A stretch of DNA of 64,000 nt from positions 21,901 to 85,900 of the forward strand of contig JAZQGP010000049.1 of assembly GCA_045540015.1 (NCBI GenBank). Direction: 5' to 3'. The position numbers and the translations under genes are program-made. Below, in pieces: positions 28,645-38,500 of the stretch. Origin of the DNA: Eubacteriales bacterium (GTDB lineage Bacteria; Bacillota; Clostridia; Oscillospirales; CAG-382). The notes under the pieces were generated by a model. That model made no database searches and had not been told where the DNA came from. It saw only the letters and a program-made list of their open reading frames with translations. The number at the start of each line of letters is the position of its first letter. Positions within the stretch are counted from its first letter, which is position 1.

Positions 28645-31032
28645 TTAGTTTCTTGTGATAACAACCTGACGAAGAAGCTCGTTCCACTCAACAGTTGCAC
28701 CAAGTGCTTCTGCAACAAATCTTACAGGAGTGTAAGTTCTGTCGTTGCGAATGAATGCAGGAGAATCAAGAGTTACAGGATTGCCATTGATATAAGCTAT
28801 ATCAGAGTCAATGTAAATCTCAATCATTGTAAGGTTCTTATGAATAGTAACCTTTCTCTGAGCATTGTCCCATGCAACATATGCGCCAAGGCTTTCAGCT
28901 ACAAATCTTGCAGGAAGCATTGTTCTGTCCTTTTCAATTATAGGAGCAACATCATTTGCTACAGCTTCGCCATATACCTGTGCATCAACTGAGCCGATTG
29001 TAAGAATAATCTGAGAAGCTGTCTTGTTTGTTACGGTTCCAGTGCCGGGCTTCTTGTTGCTTCCGTTTGCAGGAATAACAACAGAGCTGGTCTTTCTTGC
29101 AAATTCTGCACTTGCTGTTACATCATTAGCAGCAATAAATACAAACTCATTGCTTGCAGATGAGAGAATATCTGTATATTCTTCGCCGTCTTCTGTATTG
29201 GTTATTTCAAAGTTCTTTACTCTGTAGCCTGTGGAGGGTACTGCGGTAAGTGTTACTTTAGAACCGATAAGATATGTGCCTGTACCTTCAACAAAGCCGT
29301 TTTCTGTTTCTTCGGATTCAACTGTAATGAGCTTTTCAGCAGGAGCTGTGAATGTAGGAATAACAACTTCTTCGGCAAGAACAAAGTTGCCGCTGAGAAG
29401 TGCAATGTTGCTAAGTGTTACTTCACCGTTTTCATCAACTTCAACTGTTGCACCGGAAAGGTCAACCTTGATTTCCGTTCCGTCTACAAGAGCAATAACA
29501 AGCTCATCGTCACTGTCGTAGTCAACATAAGCAATCTCAGAGATTGTCATAGGATTAACTACAATAGCAACTTCATTATAATATGCGTTATATTCATCGT
29601 TGCCGTCAGAAGTGATTATAATTTTTGCTTCACCTGCACCAACGATAGCAATGTCTCCGTTTACATCAACAGTTACAACGTCCTCATTTGTGGATTCATA
29701 AGTGAAATCGGTAATTCCGCTTTCAGCGTCAGGAGTTACTGCAATGCTAACAACACCCTCGTAGCCGTAAACAAGCTCTTCAATTGTAGGAACTACAACG
29801 GTCTGAGTGTACTTATCATCAATGGTAAATATGCCCTTGTTTACAGTTACCTTGAAATTGCTGTTATTTGTATATGTTGCGTTTATAGGATATTCGCCCT
29901 TAGCTTCGCCGGGTTTTCTTGTAACAACAACATCAATATATTCGTCTGCCCATGCAGGCTCAATATCATAACCGTAGTTGCCCTCAGGATCATCCTGGCC
30001 TTCAAGCTTACCTGCTTTCACAAGAGTCTTTGTTGTAATTGTTACAGGACAAACTGTGATCTTCGCGGTAAGAGCAGGCTGTGTTTTAAGAACATAGTTT
30101 TCAGCATCATCGCCGCTGAGTACGATTTCTTCGTATGCAACAGCAATTCTTGTTCCAACATTAGCAGATGCAAATTCACCGATTTCAGGGATATTTGCTT
30201 CAACTGCATCGCCTTCGATTACGCCCTTGAGCTCACCGCCTGTAATAACAGCTTCAGCTGTTGTGTCGAAAACTTTATCCTGAGCCTTAAGACCTGTAAT
30301 TTCAACATTTTTCTTATTTATAATGATATCAGCTTCGAGAACCTTTGTTGTATAGCCTTCCTTTGTAAGAGTTGCAGTAATAGTATGAGTACCTGCATTT
30401 GTTACTGTTTCGGGAGAATAAACAACCTGTGTGTCGCTAAGGTCGCCTGTAAGACCTACAACCTCAATAGACTGAGGTTCTCCGTTATATGTAACAGTTT
30501 TTCCTGTAAGCTTTACAGAAGCGGGGAACTGTTCCTTAACTATTGTTACAGAACCAGCTGCATTTGCAAGAGAAAAGTCCACTTCAGTTCTTCCGTTGTA
30601 TGTAAAAGCTACTCCGGGAGTGGGTGTAACTGTAATTTCTGTTGTTCCTTCTTCTTTTGCAAGAATCTTAAATTCAAAAGAAACAAGAGTTCCATCGCCT
30701 TCTGCATTTACACCTGCTCTCGTTGCATATGCAAATGTGAGTGTGCTTGCCTCAGTGTCACCGGGCTCTGTGCATGCATCGTTACCAATGCAATCTTCGA
30801 TAGAATAGCTAACTAATTCTAATGCATTCTGATCGTAAGAAACTTTATATTCAAGACATCCAAATCCGGGGTTATTCGCAATTTCAACATCAACTGTAAC
30901 AGTTTCGCCTGTTTTTCCTTCAACCTGTGATACAACAATTGTAGGCTCATCCGCTGCATAAACTACGCCGCTTACTACAATAGAAGCAACAAGCATAACA
31001 GATACAATAAATAAACTTAAAATCTTTTTCAT
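28645..31032 (-). CDS. Cell-surface scaffoldin-like protein: cohesin + MBG/YDG-type repeats + Ig-like + Cu-amine-oxidase-N-like C-terminus
   Basis: The track ORF extends to 31050. I prefer ATG 31032, with GGAGA 8 nt upstream. After the signal peptide comes a cohesin-like module (VVSQVEGKTGETVTVDVEIANNPGFGCLEYKVSYDQNALELVS). It is followed by YNGEPQ/KVFDTTAEA-type repeats and a Big_2-like segment. The C-terminal repeats are RTMLPARFVAESLGAYVAWDNAQRKVTI and RTYTPVRFVAEALGATVEWNELLRQVVI. Confidence 0.8.
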   Translation of the reverse strand: MKKILSLFIVSVMLVASIVVSGVVYAADEPTIVVSQVEGKTGETVTVDVEIANNPGFGCLEYKVSYDQNALELVSYSIEDCIGNDACTEPGDTEASTLTFAYATRAGVNAEGDGTLVSFEFKILAKEEGTTEITVTPTPGVAFTYNGRTEVDFSLANAAGSVTIVKEQFPASVKLTGKTVTYNGEPQSIEVVGLTGDLSDTQVVYSPETVTNAGTHTITATLTKEGYTTKVLEADIIINKKNVEITGLKAQDKVFDTTAEAVITGGELKGVIEGDAVEANIPEIGEFASANVGTRIAVAYEEIVLSGDDAENYVLKTQPALTAKITVCPVTITTKTLVKAGKLEGQDDPEGNYGYDIEPAWADEYIDVVVTRKPGEAKGEYPINATYTNNSNFKVTVNKGIFTIDDKYTQTVVVPTIEELVYGYEGVVSIAVTPDAESGITDFTYESTNEDVVTVDVNGDIAIVGAGEAKIIITSDGNDEYNAYYNEVAIVVNPMTISEIAYVDYDSDDELVIALVDGTEIKVDLSGATVEVDENGEVTLSNIALLSGNFVLAEEVVIPTFTAPAEKLITVESEETENGFVEGTGTYLIGSKVTLTAVPSTGYRVKNFEITNTEDGEEYTDILSSASNEFVFIAANDVTASAEFARKTSSVVIPANGSNKKPGTGTVTNKTASQIILTIGSVDAQVYGEAVANDVAPIIEKDRTMLPARFVAESLGAYVAWDNAQRKVTIHKNLTMIEIYIDSDIAYINGNPVTLDSPAFIRNDRTYTPVRFVAEALGATVEWNELLRQVVITRN

Positions 31033-31053
31033 TTCTATATTCTCCTTCATGAA

Positions 31054-31740
31054 TTAATTGAGTTCTACGGGCCAATCTGCAACATACTGTAACAGTCTTG
31101 CTGCATCACGTGAATTAACTTCTCCATCACCGTTTACATCCAGTGCAGCTTCTACATATTCCACATCCCAGTTTGCAACATACTGTAACAATCTTGCCGC
31201 ATCACGTGCATTAACTTCTCCATCACCGTTTACATCACCGGGTGTATAGTCCTTAATCTCAACACTGCCGCTTGCAGTATAAAGATTTACTGACTGCAGG
31301 TCTTCGTCTGCAACATTGTCGGTTTCGCAGGTAATACTGATGTCGTATGTACCAAGCTCAGCATCGTCTGCCACCTCGAATTTAACAGAAGCAGCTGTTC
31401 CGTCGGAGGTTACGTTCTTTCCTTCTCCTTCGAGCAACACAAGTGTCACTTCACCGGGAACCTCGGTGTTATACGCAGCAACATCAAACCCGATATCGCC
31501 TGCCTTCACCTCGGTAGGAGCCAACACATCGCTGTTGAAGGAAATTTTGAAAACTGCACCTGCAACTCCGGGGTTGTTTGTAACCTTTACATTTACTGTA
31601 ACGCTACCGCCCTTTGTACCTGTGGCATCGGCAATCTCGCCTGTAGGCTGATCGGACGCATCATCACCCGCGAAGACAGCAAGTGAAAGCATCGCAAGCA
31701 TAAGCATTGCCAAAAAGACCGAAAAGATTCTTTTCTTCAT
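31054..31740 (-). CDS. Small adaptor-type protein with one cohesin and one dockerin
   Basis: The track ORF extends to 31779. I prefer the ATG at 31740 (MKKRIFSVFLAMLMLAMLSLAVFA signal). It has a cohesin-like module (GGSVTVNVKVTNNPGVAGAVFKISFNSDVLAP). The C-terminal dockerin has two Ca-binding repeats, DVNGDGEVNARDAARLLQYV and DVNGDGEVNSRDAARLLQYV. Confidence 0.85.
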   Translation of the reverse strand: MKKRIFSVFLAMLMLAMLSLAVFAGDDASDQPTGEIADATGTKGGSVTVNVKVTNNPGVAGAVFKISFNSDVLAPTEVKAGDIGFDVAAYNTEVPGEVTLVLLEGEGKNVTSDGTAASVKFEVADDAELGTYDISITCETDNVADEDLQSVNLYTASGSVEIKDYTPGDVNGDGEVNARDAARLLQYVANWDVEYVEAALDVNGDGEVNSRDAARLLQYVADWPVELN

Positions 31741-31898
31741 ATTGCCTTTTCCTTTCGCTTTAAATTCGTTTACCCGCACGCATACGCATACGGAGCCTTT
31801 TACTTATATATAATAACATTTGTTTCGCATTTTGTCAATAGGAAAACTGTGGATTTGTGCATAATATTGAGGTAGTTTTCACAAAAATCGCATGTTAC

Positions 31899-31927
31899 AA
31901 AAAAAACAGAGACCCGAAGGTCTCTGT
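31899..31927 (-). terminator. Rho-independent terminator of SLH paralog 1
   Basis: On the reverse strand: ACAGAGACC - TTCG - GGTCTCTGT, followed by TTTTTTTT. Confidence 0.75.
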
Positions 31928-31943
31928 TAATAATATTGCAAGA

Positions 31944-34900
31944 TTAGTCTTCGAGGAAGGATTCCTGCTCGCCGGGATGAACAACAACCACGATATATTC
32001 AACCGCAGGAAGCTCATCTTCATCGTCAGCCTCTTCATATTCGATGTAGCACTTAGCAAATTCGCTGTACTTAGTAGTGTACTCATCATCGCCGTCTTCG
32101 ATAATCTTATCGTTGTAGCACTTGATATCCTTCTTATCAGCAGCAAGTTCTGCAACAGTAAGCTTAGATACCTCGGACTTGTAGATATCACCTGTCTTGT
32201 CGTACTTAACAAGAATAATGGGTGTATCATCTTCGAGCTGATATACTTCACTCTGGAAGTAGCTTGCATCTTCGCTGTTTACAGGAGCAATCTCAATTGT
32301 GTTATCCTTTTCCGCAACATAGGTAACAAATGCAAGATTCTTGTTTGTTGTGATGTCAATTACATCGTAAGAAGTCTTTTCTTCGTTAACCTTGCCGTCA
32401 GCTGTCATTTCAACAATCTGTCCGGAAACTGTAGCAAAAGGAACCTGAACGCTTGCTGCCTTTGCATAAGCTTTGGAGCCGGGCACATTTGAAAGCTTTT
32501 CGCCGGTAAGAGGATTGATTAAATCGTAGTAGTTGCGATATTTTTCTTCCTCGTCAACACCGGAGGTAACAGTTGTAAGAATTCTCCACTCATTTTCAAC
32601 TGTCTTGGAGTTGAACTCGAAGTCTTCTGCTTCTGCATACAGGAATACAAGGTTTGCACGGTTCTTAGAATCGGGATCCGCTTTGAGAATATACTGTACG
32701 TTTGTAAGCGGAGTGTCAGCATCGGTTGTTCCGGCAAAGGAATTGATATCAAATTCAAGATATTCGTACTTTTCCTTTGCGTCTTCAGCATCATCTACAC
32801 TTGTCTTTCTGTTACGGATTATAATTCTGGAATAATCCTGAAGTACAAGATAATCAATATACTGGATGGAATCAATACCGAGAAGTGAATAGCCTGCAGC
32901 GTCAACAAGCTGATAGCGGTTGCCTGCAACCTTGATCATACGTGCTTCATCGGAATAGTCAACATCTTCACCGAACATATCTGTGCTCTTGTCATCAACA
33001 AGAACTGTAGGATCGTTGTTAATACCGTTGTATTCGAGGTCTTCATCTCTTGAGTGAAGCAGAGAAGTGATTGTATACACGCCGTTCTTATCAACAGTGT
33101 ATGTACAAATCTTTCCGAGGTATGCGTAAACAGGGTCATCCTGATAGGTTTCCTGAACCGTTACACCAAAGTTGTACGTTTTGCCGTCTCTTGTAGGTGT
33201 AGGATACATATCCTCGATAGTTACAGGAACGTACTTGATAGCACCGTCTACCCAAGCTCTGATACGGAATGTTGTTTCTCCCGTATCAACATCAAATTCA
33301 CCTTCAAGGTAACCGCCGTTATTGTCTTCCGGACCAAGAGGAATTATAATGTTTTTGCTGTCATAAGCAACATTTCCGCCGTCAATAGGCTCGTAGAAGT
33401 AAATGTTGTTATAATTTTTGTTATAGGTATAAACGAGATACTCATTACCGAGTGCATCCGAAGAATGCAGGTGCGGCAAGTAGTTAGCGCTTGCTGAGCT
33501 GGATCTCAAAGCGTAACCGCCTTTTTCACCGGTGTCCTTATCAATGTCGCTGCCGGCAGCACCGCGGTAGCTCTTAACTGTCAAATACTGATAACCTGTT
33601 CTGTAGCTTGTTCCGTTAATCTTAGCAGTCATTGTAGATCTGCTGTTTGAAGAAACAGGACCCTGAGCCTTCTGAAGTACGTCAAATACATCAAGCTCAT
33701 TTGCATCGGGATTGAGGTATACAATTGCAAAATCACCTTCGTTGAACTTCTTACCGGAGAGATTTGCACCGTTGTAATAAATCGTAGGAACGTATTTAAT
33801 CGCATTTACATGCGCATCGTCGTTTGTAACATAAACAGGCGCGTTGTCATAATACTCTTCTATATCAGTAAAGGTATAGCCCTCATCGCCGTCCATCTTA
33901 CCGAACGTATAAGGTCTGTAGCGAACGTAGTCATATAAGGCGTCACCGTCTACATCATAGATGTCGAACTTATAAAAACCGCCGGTTGTAACCTGATGTA
34001 TGTGATCAAGAAGATATACATAGTTCATAGTGCCGTTTCCTACAAAGTCAAGCTCTACATAATAAGAATATGTGCCCTTTTCTTCGTCAACGGACTTGAT
34101 GTTAATGAACTTTGCGCACTTTTCATCGCGAATTTTCTTCTGTTCGGTTTCATTTGTTTCATTGCCGTAATCGGGCTTTGAATAAGAATACGGAGCATCA
34201 AAGAAGTAAATCTCTTTTCCGTTTATTGTAAGCTTAGGCAGGAGAAGAGGATGCTGTTTGCCGCTTGCACCATACCAGTACTCATAGTAATGATGATTTG
34301 CGTTCGCAGACATTCTCTTAACCTCTGCCTTTTCGGACGTCTGATGATCCATGTTGCTTTCAGCATAGAAAATGGTATCAATCTTATCGTCCTTATCTAC
34401 GGTGTAGAAGATATCAAATACACCCATGATGTAGTCATCAACATTTCCTGTAAGACCGAGCTTGTCGAAATCGTAGAAGAAGGACTGGATTTTTTCATTT
34501 GAATCTACTGCAACAAACTGCATCATGTTTCCTTCAAAATCATCAATAAGCGGCTTGTATTCAGTAGAGCTTTCGTCTTCATTAAAAGCAAACTTAGGAG
34601 TTGCACGAACGGTATAGCTGCCTTCGTTCACATCGTAAATGTACTCAGCAATGGTGGGATTGTATGTTCTCTTCTGCATTACGCCCTTACCGGTTGAGAG
34701 GAAACGCTCAACGTATTCAACCTCTTCATAAGCAGTTTCTCCAAAGAATGCGTTATAAAGAAGAATTGCTACAGCGCCTCTTGAAAGAGGAGTTTCATAG
34801 GAGAATGCTGACGGAATACCCTTATCGAGCGCCACGTCACTGCTCTCTGCAATATCTATGTAACCGTGAGGATAAACGATATCTCCTGTTTCATAGCCCA

Positions 34901-35327
34901 TTGCGCGAACAATCATTGTGTATGCATCCTGAAGGGTAATTGTACCGGTAGGATCAAAGACAGTTTCGCTTCTACCCTTAATAATGTTCATGGAGTTTGC
35001 CCATGAAATATATGCAAAATAGGTGCTGTCCTTAAGGTCCGTAAAGGTAGTGTGGTTTTCTCCGCCCTCCATGGAAGAACCTTTCTTCATAAGTCTGTAG
35101 ATAAACGCAGCCATCTGCTGACGGGTTACGTTTTCATTTGTTCCGAATGTTGTTTCGCTCGTACCCTTTGCAACATTGAGCTGGGAGAGCAAGTTAACCG
35201 CGTCTGACAGAGTCTTGTCGGATGCATTGACATCAGTGAACTTGGCAGCAGAAGCTCCAAAGCAGAGCATTGCAGCAAGAGTTACTGCGACAACCGCGGT
35301 CGTAAGAAACTTTTTAAAATTTCTCAT
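31944..35327 (-). CDS. Large SLH-domain cell-surface (S-layer-like) protein, paralog 1
   Basis: 1127 aa. It has the signal peptide MRNFKKFLTTAVVAVTLAAMLCFGASA and N-terminal SLH repeats (FTDVNASDKTLSDAVNLLSQLNVAKGTSETTFGTNENVTRQQMAAFIYRL; FTDLKDSTYFAYISWANSMNIIKGRS). The body is acidic and rich in Tyr and Asp. It is collinear with the 35533..38937 protein. Confidence 0.85.
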   Translation of the reverse strand: MRNFKKFLTTAVVAVTLAAMLCFGASAAKFTDVNASDKTLSDAVNLLSQLNVAKGTSETTFGTNENVTRQQMAAFIYRLMKKGSSMEGGENHTTFTDLKDSTYFAYISWANSMNIIKGRSETVFDPTGTITLQDAYTMIVRAMGYETGDIVYPHGYIDIAESSDVALDKGIPSAFSYETPLSRGAVAILLYNAFFGETAYEEVEYVERFLSTGKGVMQKRTYNPTIAEYIYDVNEGSYTVRATPKFAFNEDESSTEYKPLIDDFEGNMMQFVAVDSNEKIQSFFYDFDKLGLTGNVDDYIMGVFDIFYTVDKDDKIDTIFYAESNMDHQTSEKAEVKRMSANANHHYYEYWYGASGKQHPLLLPKLTINGKEIYFFDAPYSYSKPDYGNETNETEQKKIRDEKCAKFINIKSVDEEKGTYSYYVELDFVGNGTMNYVYLLDHIHQVTTGGFYKFDIYDVDGDALYDYVRYRPYTFGKMDGDEGYTFTDIEEYYDNAPVYVTNDDAHVNAIKYVPTIYYNGANLSGKKFNEGDFAIVYLNPDANELDVFDVLQKAQGPVSSNSRSTMTAKINGTSYRTGYQYLTVKSYRGAAGSDIDKDTGEKGGYALRSSSASANYLPHLHSSDALGNEYLVYTYNKNYNNIYFYEPIDGGNVAYDSKNIIIPLGPEDNNGGYLEGEFDVDTGETTFRIRAWVDGAIKYVPVTIEDMYPTPTRDGKTYNFGVTVQETYQDDPVYAYLGKICTYTVDKNGVYTITSLLHSRDEDLEYNGINNDPTVLVDDKSTDMFGEDVDYSDEARMIKVAGNRYQLVDAAGYSLLGIDSIQYIDYLVLQDYSRIIIRNRKTSVDDAEDAKEKYEYLEFDINSFAGTTDADTPLTNVQYILKADPDSKNRANLVFLYAEAEDFEFNSKTVENEWRILTTVTSGVDEEEKYRNYYDLINPLTGEKLSNVPGSKAYAKAASVQVPFATVSGQIVEMTADGKVNEEKTSYDVIDITTNKNLAFVTYVAEKDNTIEIAPVNSEDASYFQSEVYQLEDDTPIILVKYDKTGDIYKSEVSKLTVAELAADKKDIKCYNDKIIEDGDDEYTTKYSEFAKCYIEYEEADDEDELPAVEYIVVVVHPGEQESFLED

Positions 35328-35388
35328 TTGATAACCTCCTGTTTAGTCTCGTGTACGCATAATATCACGAGATTAATTTACATTGTAT

Positions 35389-35452
35389 ATTTTACAACAT
35401 TCCTTTCAATATTGCAAGCATTTTTTGTAATTGTAACACAAAAGTAACATAA
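35389..35452 (-). promoter_or_regulatory. Promoter of SLH paralog 1 with upstream 11-bp GTTAC repeats
   Basis: On the reverse strand: TTGCAA (35417-35412), 17 nt, TAAAAT (35394-35389). Immediately upstream are two 11-bp-phased repeats containing GTTAC (plus-strand TTGTAACACAA at 35431-35441 and AAGTAACATAA at 35442-35452). Confidence 0.45.
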
Positions 35453-35478
35453 GCATTATTTTATTATAAAGAGAGCAT

Positions 35479-35508
35479 AAAAAAATCCCCGACCTTTCGG
35501 TCGGGGAT
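35479..35508 (-). terminator. Rho-independent terminator of SLH paralog 2
   Basis: On the reverse strand: ATCCCCGACC - GAAA - GGTCGGGGAT, followed by TTTTTTT. Confidence 0.8.
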
Positions 35509-35532
35509 CCGATTTGTTAATTCAAATCCAAC

Positions 35533-38500
35533 TTACGCCTGAACACTGCATTCTTCGTGGAGCTTAGCTGTGTGAGTTGTAAGGTAGGTTTCTGCTTCAT
35601 TGGAGTGAACAAGTACAACAACCATAGTAACCTTGTTGAGTTCGCCATCTTCGAGGTTAGTCTCATTTTCAGTTACAACGTATGCCTTGATGTACTTAGC
35701 ATAGCCTGTCTTGTAGTTGCCCTTGTTGTCTTCAACCTTAGTGTTGTAGCACTTGTAATCGGTAGAAGTGGAAGCAAGGTCAGCTGTTGTGAGGAGGCTC
35801 ATTGTACCCCACTGAACAAAGGAATCCTTGTTGTTGTTGTCAGGATACTTGATCATAGATACTGCAGTATTGTTGTCAACCTGGTAGGATTCGATTGTGC
35901 CTTCTTCAACGTCATTCCAGCATCCGCCAACGGGAGCAAGCATGAGGATCTTGTCGGATTCGCTGTATTCAACGATCCAAGCTGTACCTGCCTTAGCATC
36001 GCCGCCGTCGATTTCTGCGAGGAAGTCTGTGGAGTTGATGTCGAGTGCGTCAAGAACAGCTTCATCTTCGTCAACCTTGCCGTCCTTGAGTTCAACTACA
36101 GAACCGACAGCTTTTGCAGCAGCGAGCTGTGTAGCCTTGCTTGCAGAGTCATTACCGGTAACTTCAGCCTTCTTACCTGTGAAAGGATCGTAAACTGTGT
36201 AGTAGTTTCTGTAGTAGTCGTTTTCGTCGATGTTTACATCAGAGTTAGCAATGATTCTGTAACCTGTAGAAGTGGAAGCACCCTTGAGGTCGAAGTCTTC
36301 TGCTTCTGCGTAAAGAACAACGAGGTTTTCTCTTGTTGTGCTGTCAGCATCGTTAGCAACGATGTAAGCTACATTGTAGAGTTCAACTTCAGAAGAAGTG
36401 TTGAATGTTGTTGCATCGTATTCGATGTATTCAACCTTTTCGTCATCAGTACCCTTATGCTTTGTGTTCTTGATGATGATCTTTGTGTAATCAGTGAAGT
36501 TGAATCTGTAACCGAGGTTAGCACCTTCAAGATCAAATCTTGTGCCAGCGAACTTGGTAAGGAATACAGGCCCTGCAACCTTGCCGAGGTACTGGAGATC
36601 ATCTTCTTCTGTGTCCTTAAGAACAGTGGCACCGAGGTTAGTCCATACGTCGTTTTCGTCATAACCCCAGTTGATACCAACGTACTTTTCATCACCGGTC
36701 TTATCTTCATCTTCTGCATTTTCAAGAGATGTAATTGTGTAAACACCGTCGGAATCTACTGTGTAAGTACAGAGCTGGTCAAGGTAATCAGCTGTTACGT
36801 CACCGTTAGCAACGATTACAGGATATACATCTTCAGTTTCAATAGTAACCCACTTGAGGTCGCCGTCAACCCATGCATAGATGCGTGTTACGTATTCGCC
36901 GAGATCAGTATCGAACTTTTCGTCAACTGTTCTGGGAGTAACGTTCTTCTTGCTGTATGTTGTAGGAATGATAAGATTATCAGTGAACTTGAGGTTAGCG
37001 GACTTAGCGCCTTCCTGATGGAGAACTACACCGTCGTAGATGTAGAGGTTGAGTTCTTCGTCGTTGATGTACTCAGCGTCGAGAAGAGCATCAAATGCAT
37101 CAAAGCCTTCATATGCTTCAACATCGTACTGTACATCATCAACATATACTTTCTCAACATCATCATAGTGTCTAGGTGCATAGTTAGCAACATACTTCCA
37201 TGCGCCGTCGAGAGCAACAGTTGTGTTGTCAGAAAGTGTGATTGTCTTTTCAGCCTTCTTGTAGGACTTGATTGTAGCGGTTGTAGGCTTAAGAACTGTA
37301 GCAACCTTAACTACATTGTTGTCCTGGCTGTAGTAACCGATTACATAATCTTCATTCTCGAACTTTTCGCCGAGGAGAGTTGCTTCGTTAGTGTAGATAA
37401 CAGGGATTTTGCCTGCTTCAATATCACTTGCGATTGTAGAGAAGTCGTTATCAACGAATTCCATCTCATCGTCAGTATCAACCTGGAAGAGAACGTAAGG
37501 CTTGTAGTCGATGTAGTCATAGAGACCGTCGCCGTCTACATCATAGATGTCAGCTTCGTAAAGACCACCGTAGTAAGCCTCTGTGTAGTCATCAACGAGC
37601 TTAGTTGCTTCTGCAACATAGAGACCGTCTGTTTCGTCTTCATCAAGTGCGGATTCAATTGCAATTTCTGCAACAGTTGCTTCGTAGATTCCCTTGTCTT
37701 CGTCAACGAGCTCGAAGCTAACAGTACCGATGTTTTCTTCATTTCTTTCGGTGTACATTGTTGCAGGATTGTTTGTGCTGGTGTAGCTGGGGTTAGCATA
37801 GGAATAAGGAGCGTTATAGAAGTAAATAACGTCTGTTCCTGTAGTTACCTTACCGGAGAGAATCTTAGCATCTGTTGTGTCAAAGTAGCTGTTTGCGTTG
37901 TTTGTAGTAACTGTAGCGAACTTGAGGTCGTTAACAGTCTTCTTTGTCATTGCGGAGTTAGCATAGAGAACCTTATCGATTTCGTAGTAATCTCCAGCCT
38001 TAGCCTTGTCGCCGTGAACAACATAGAGTTCAAAGTGTGCAAGGAAGAGGTCATCAAGCTTATCAGCATCTACGCCGAGGTCATCGGGAGTGAGGTAAAC
38101 CTGAACGGGAGACTTGTCGATGTTTTCATCTTCTTCTACTGCGAGAAGAACTGCATCGTAGCCGAGATCGTTGGTTGCTTCAGTATCTGTTGTCTGGTAG
38201 TGAGGAGTAGCTACTACCTGATATTCAACAGTCTTAACACCGAAAACGTCTTCGCAAAGAACAGGATATGTTTCTTCTTCAACGAGGTATGCGCCGTTTT
38301 CTGTTACGATTTCCTTGTAGTCGATTGTAGCAACGCCCATTTTTGCAAAGAATGCATTGTAAAGAAGGATAGCCATATCGCCTCTTGTAAGAGCGTCTGT
38401 GTAATCAACTGTGGAAGCGAGACCTTCAGCGAGATCTACGTCTTCAGCTTCAGCTACTTCAATGTAACCGAAGGGATACTGGAGCTTTTCACCGTCTGCT

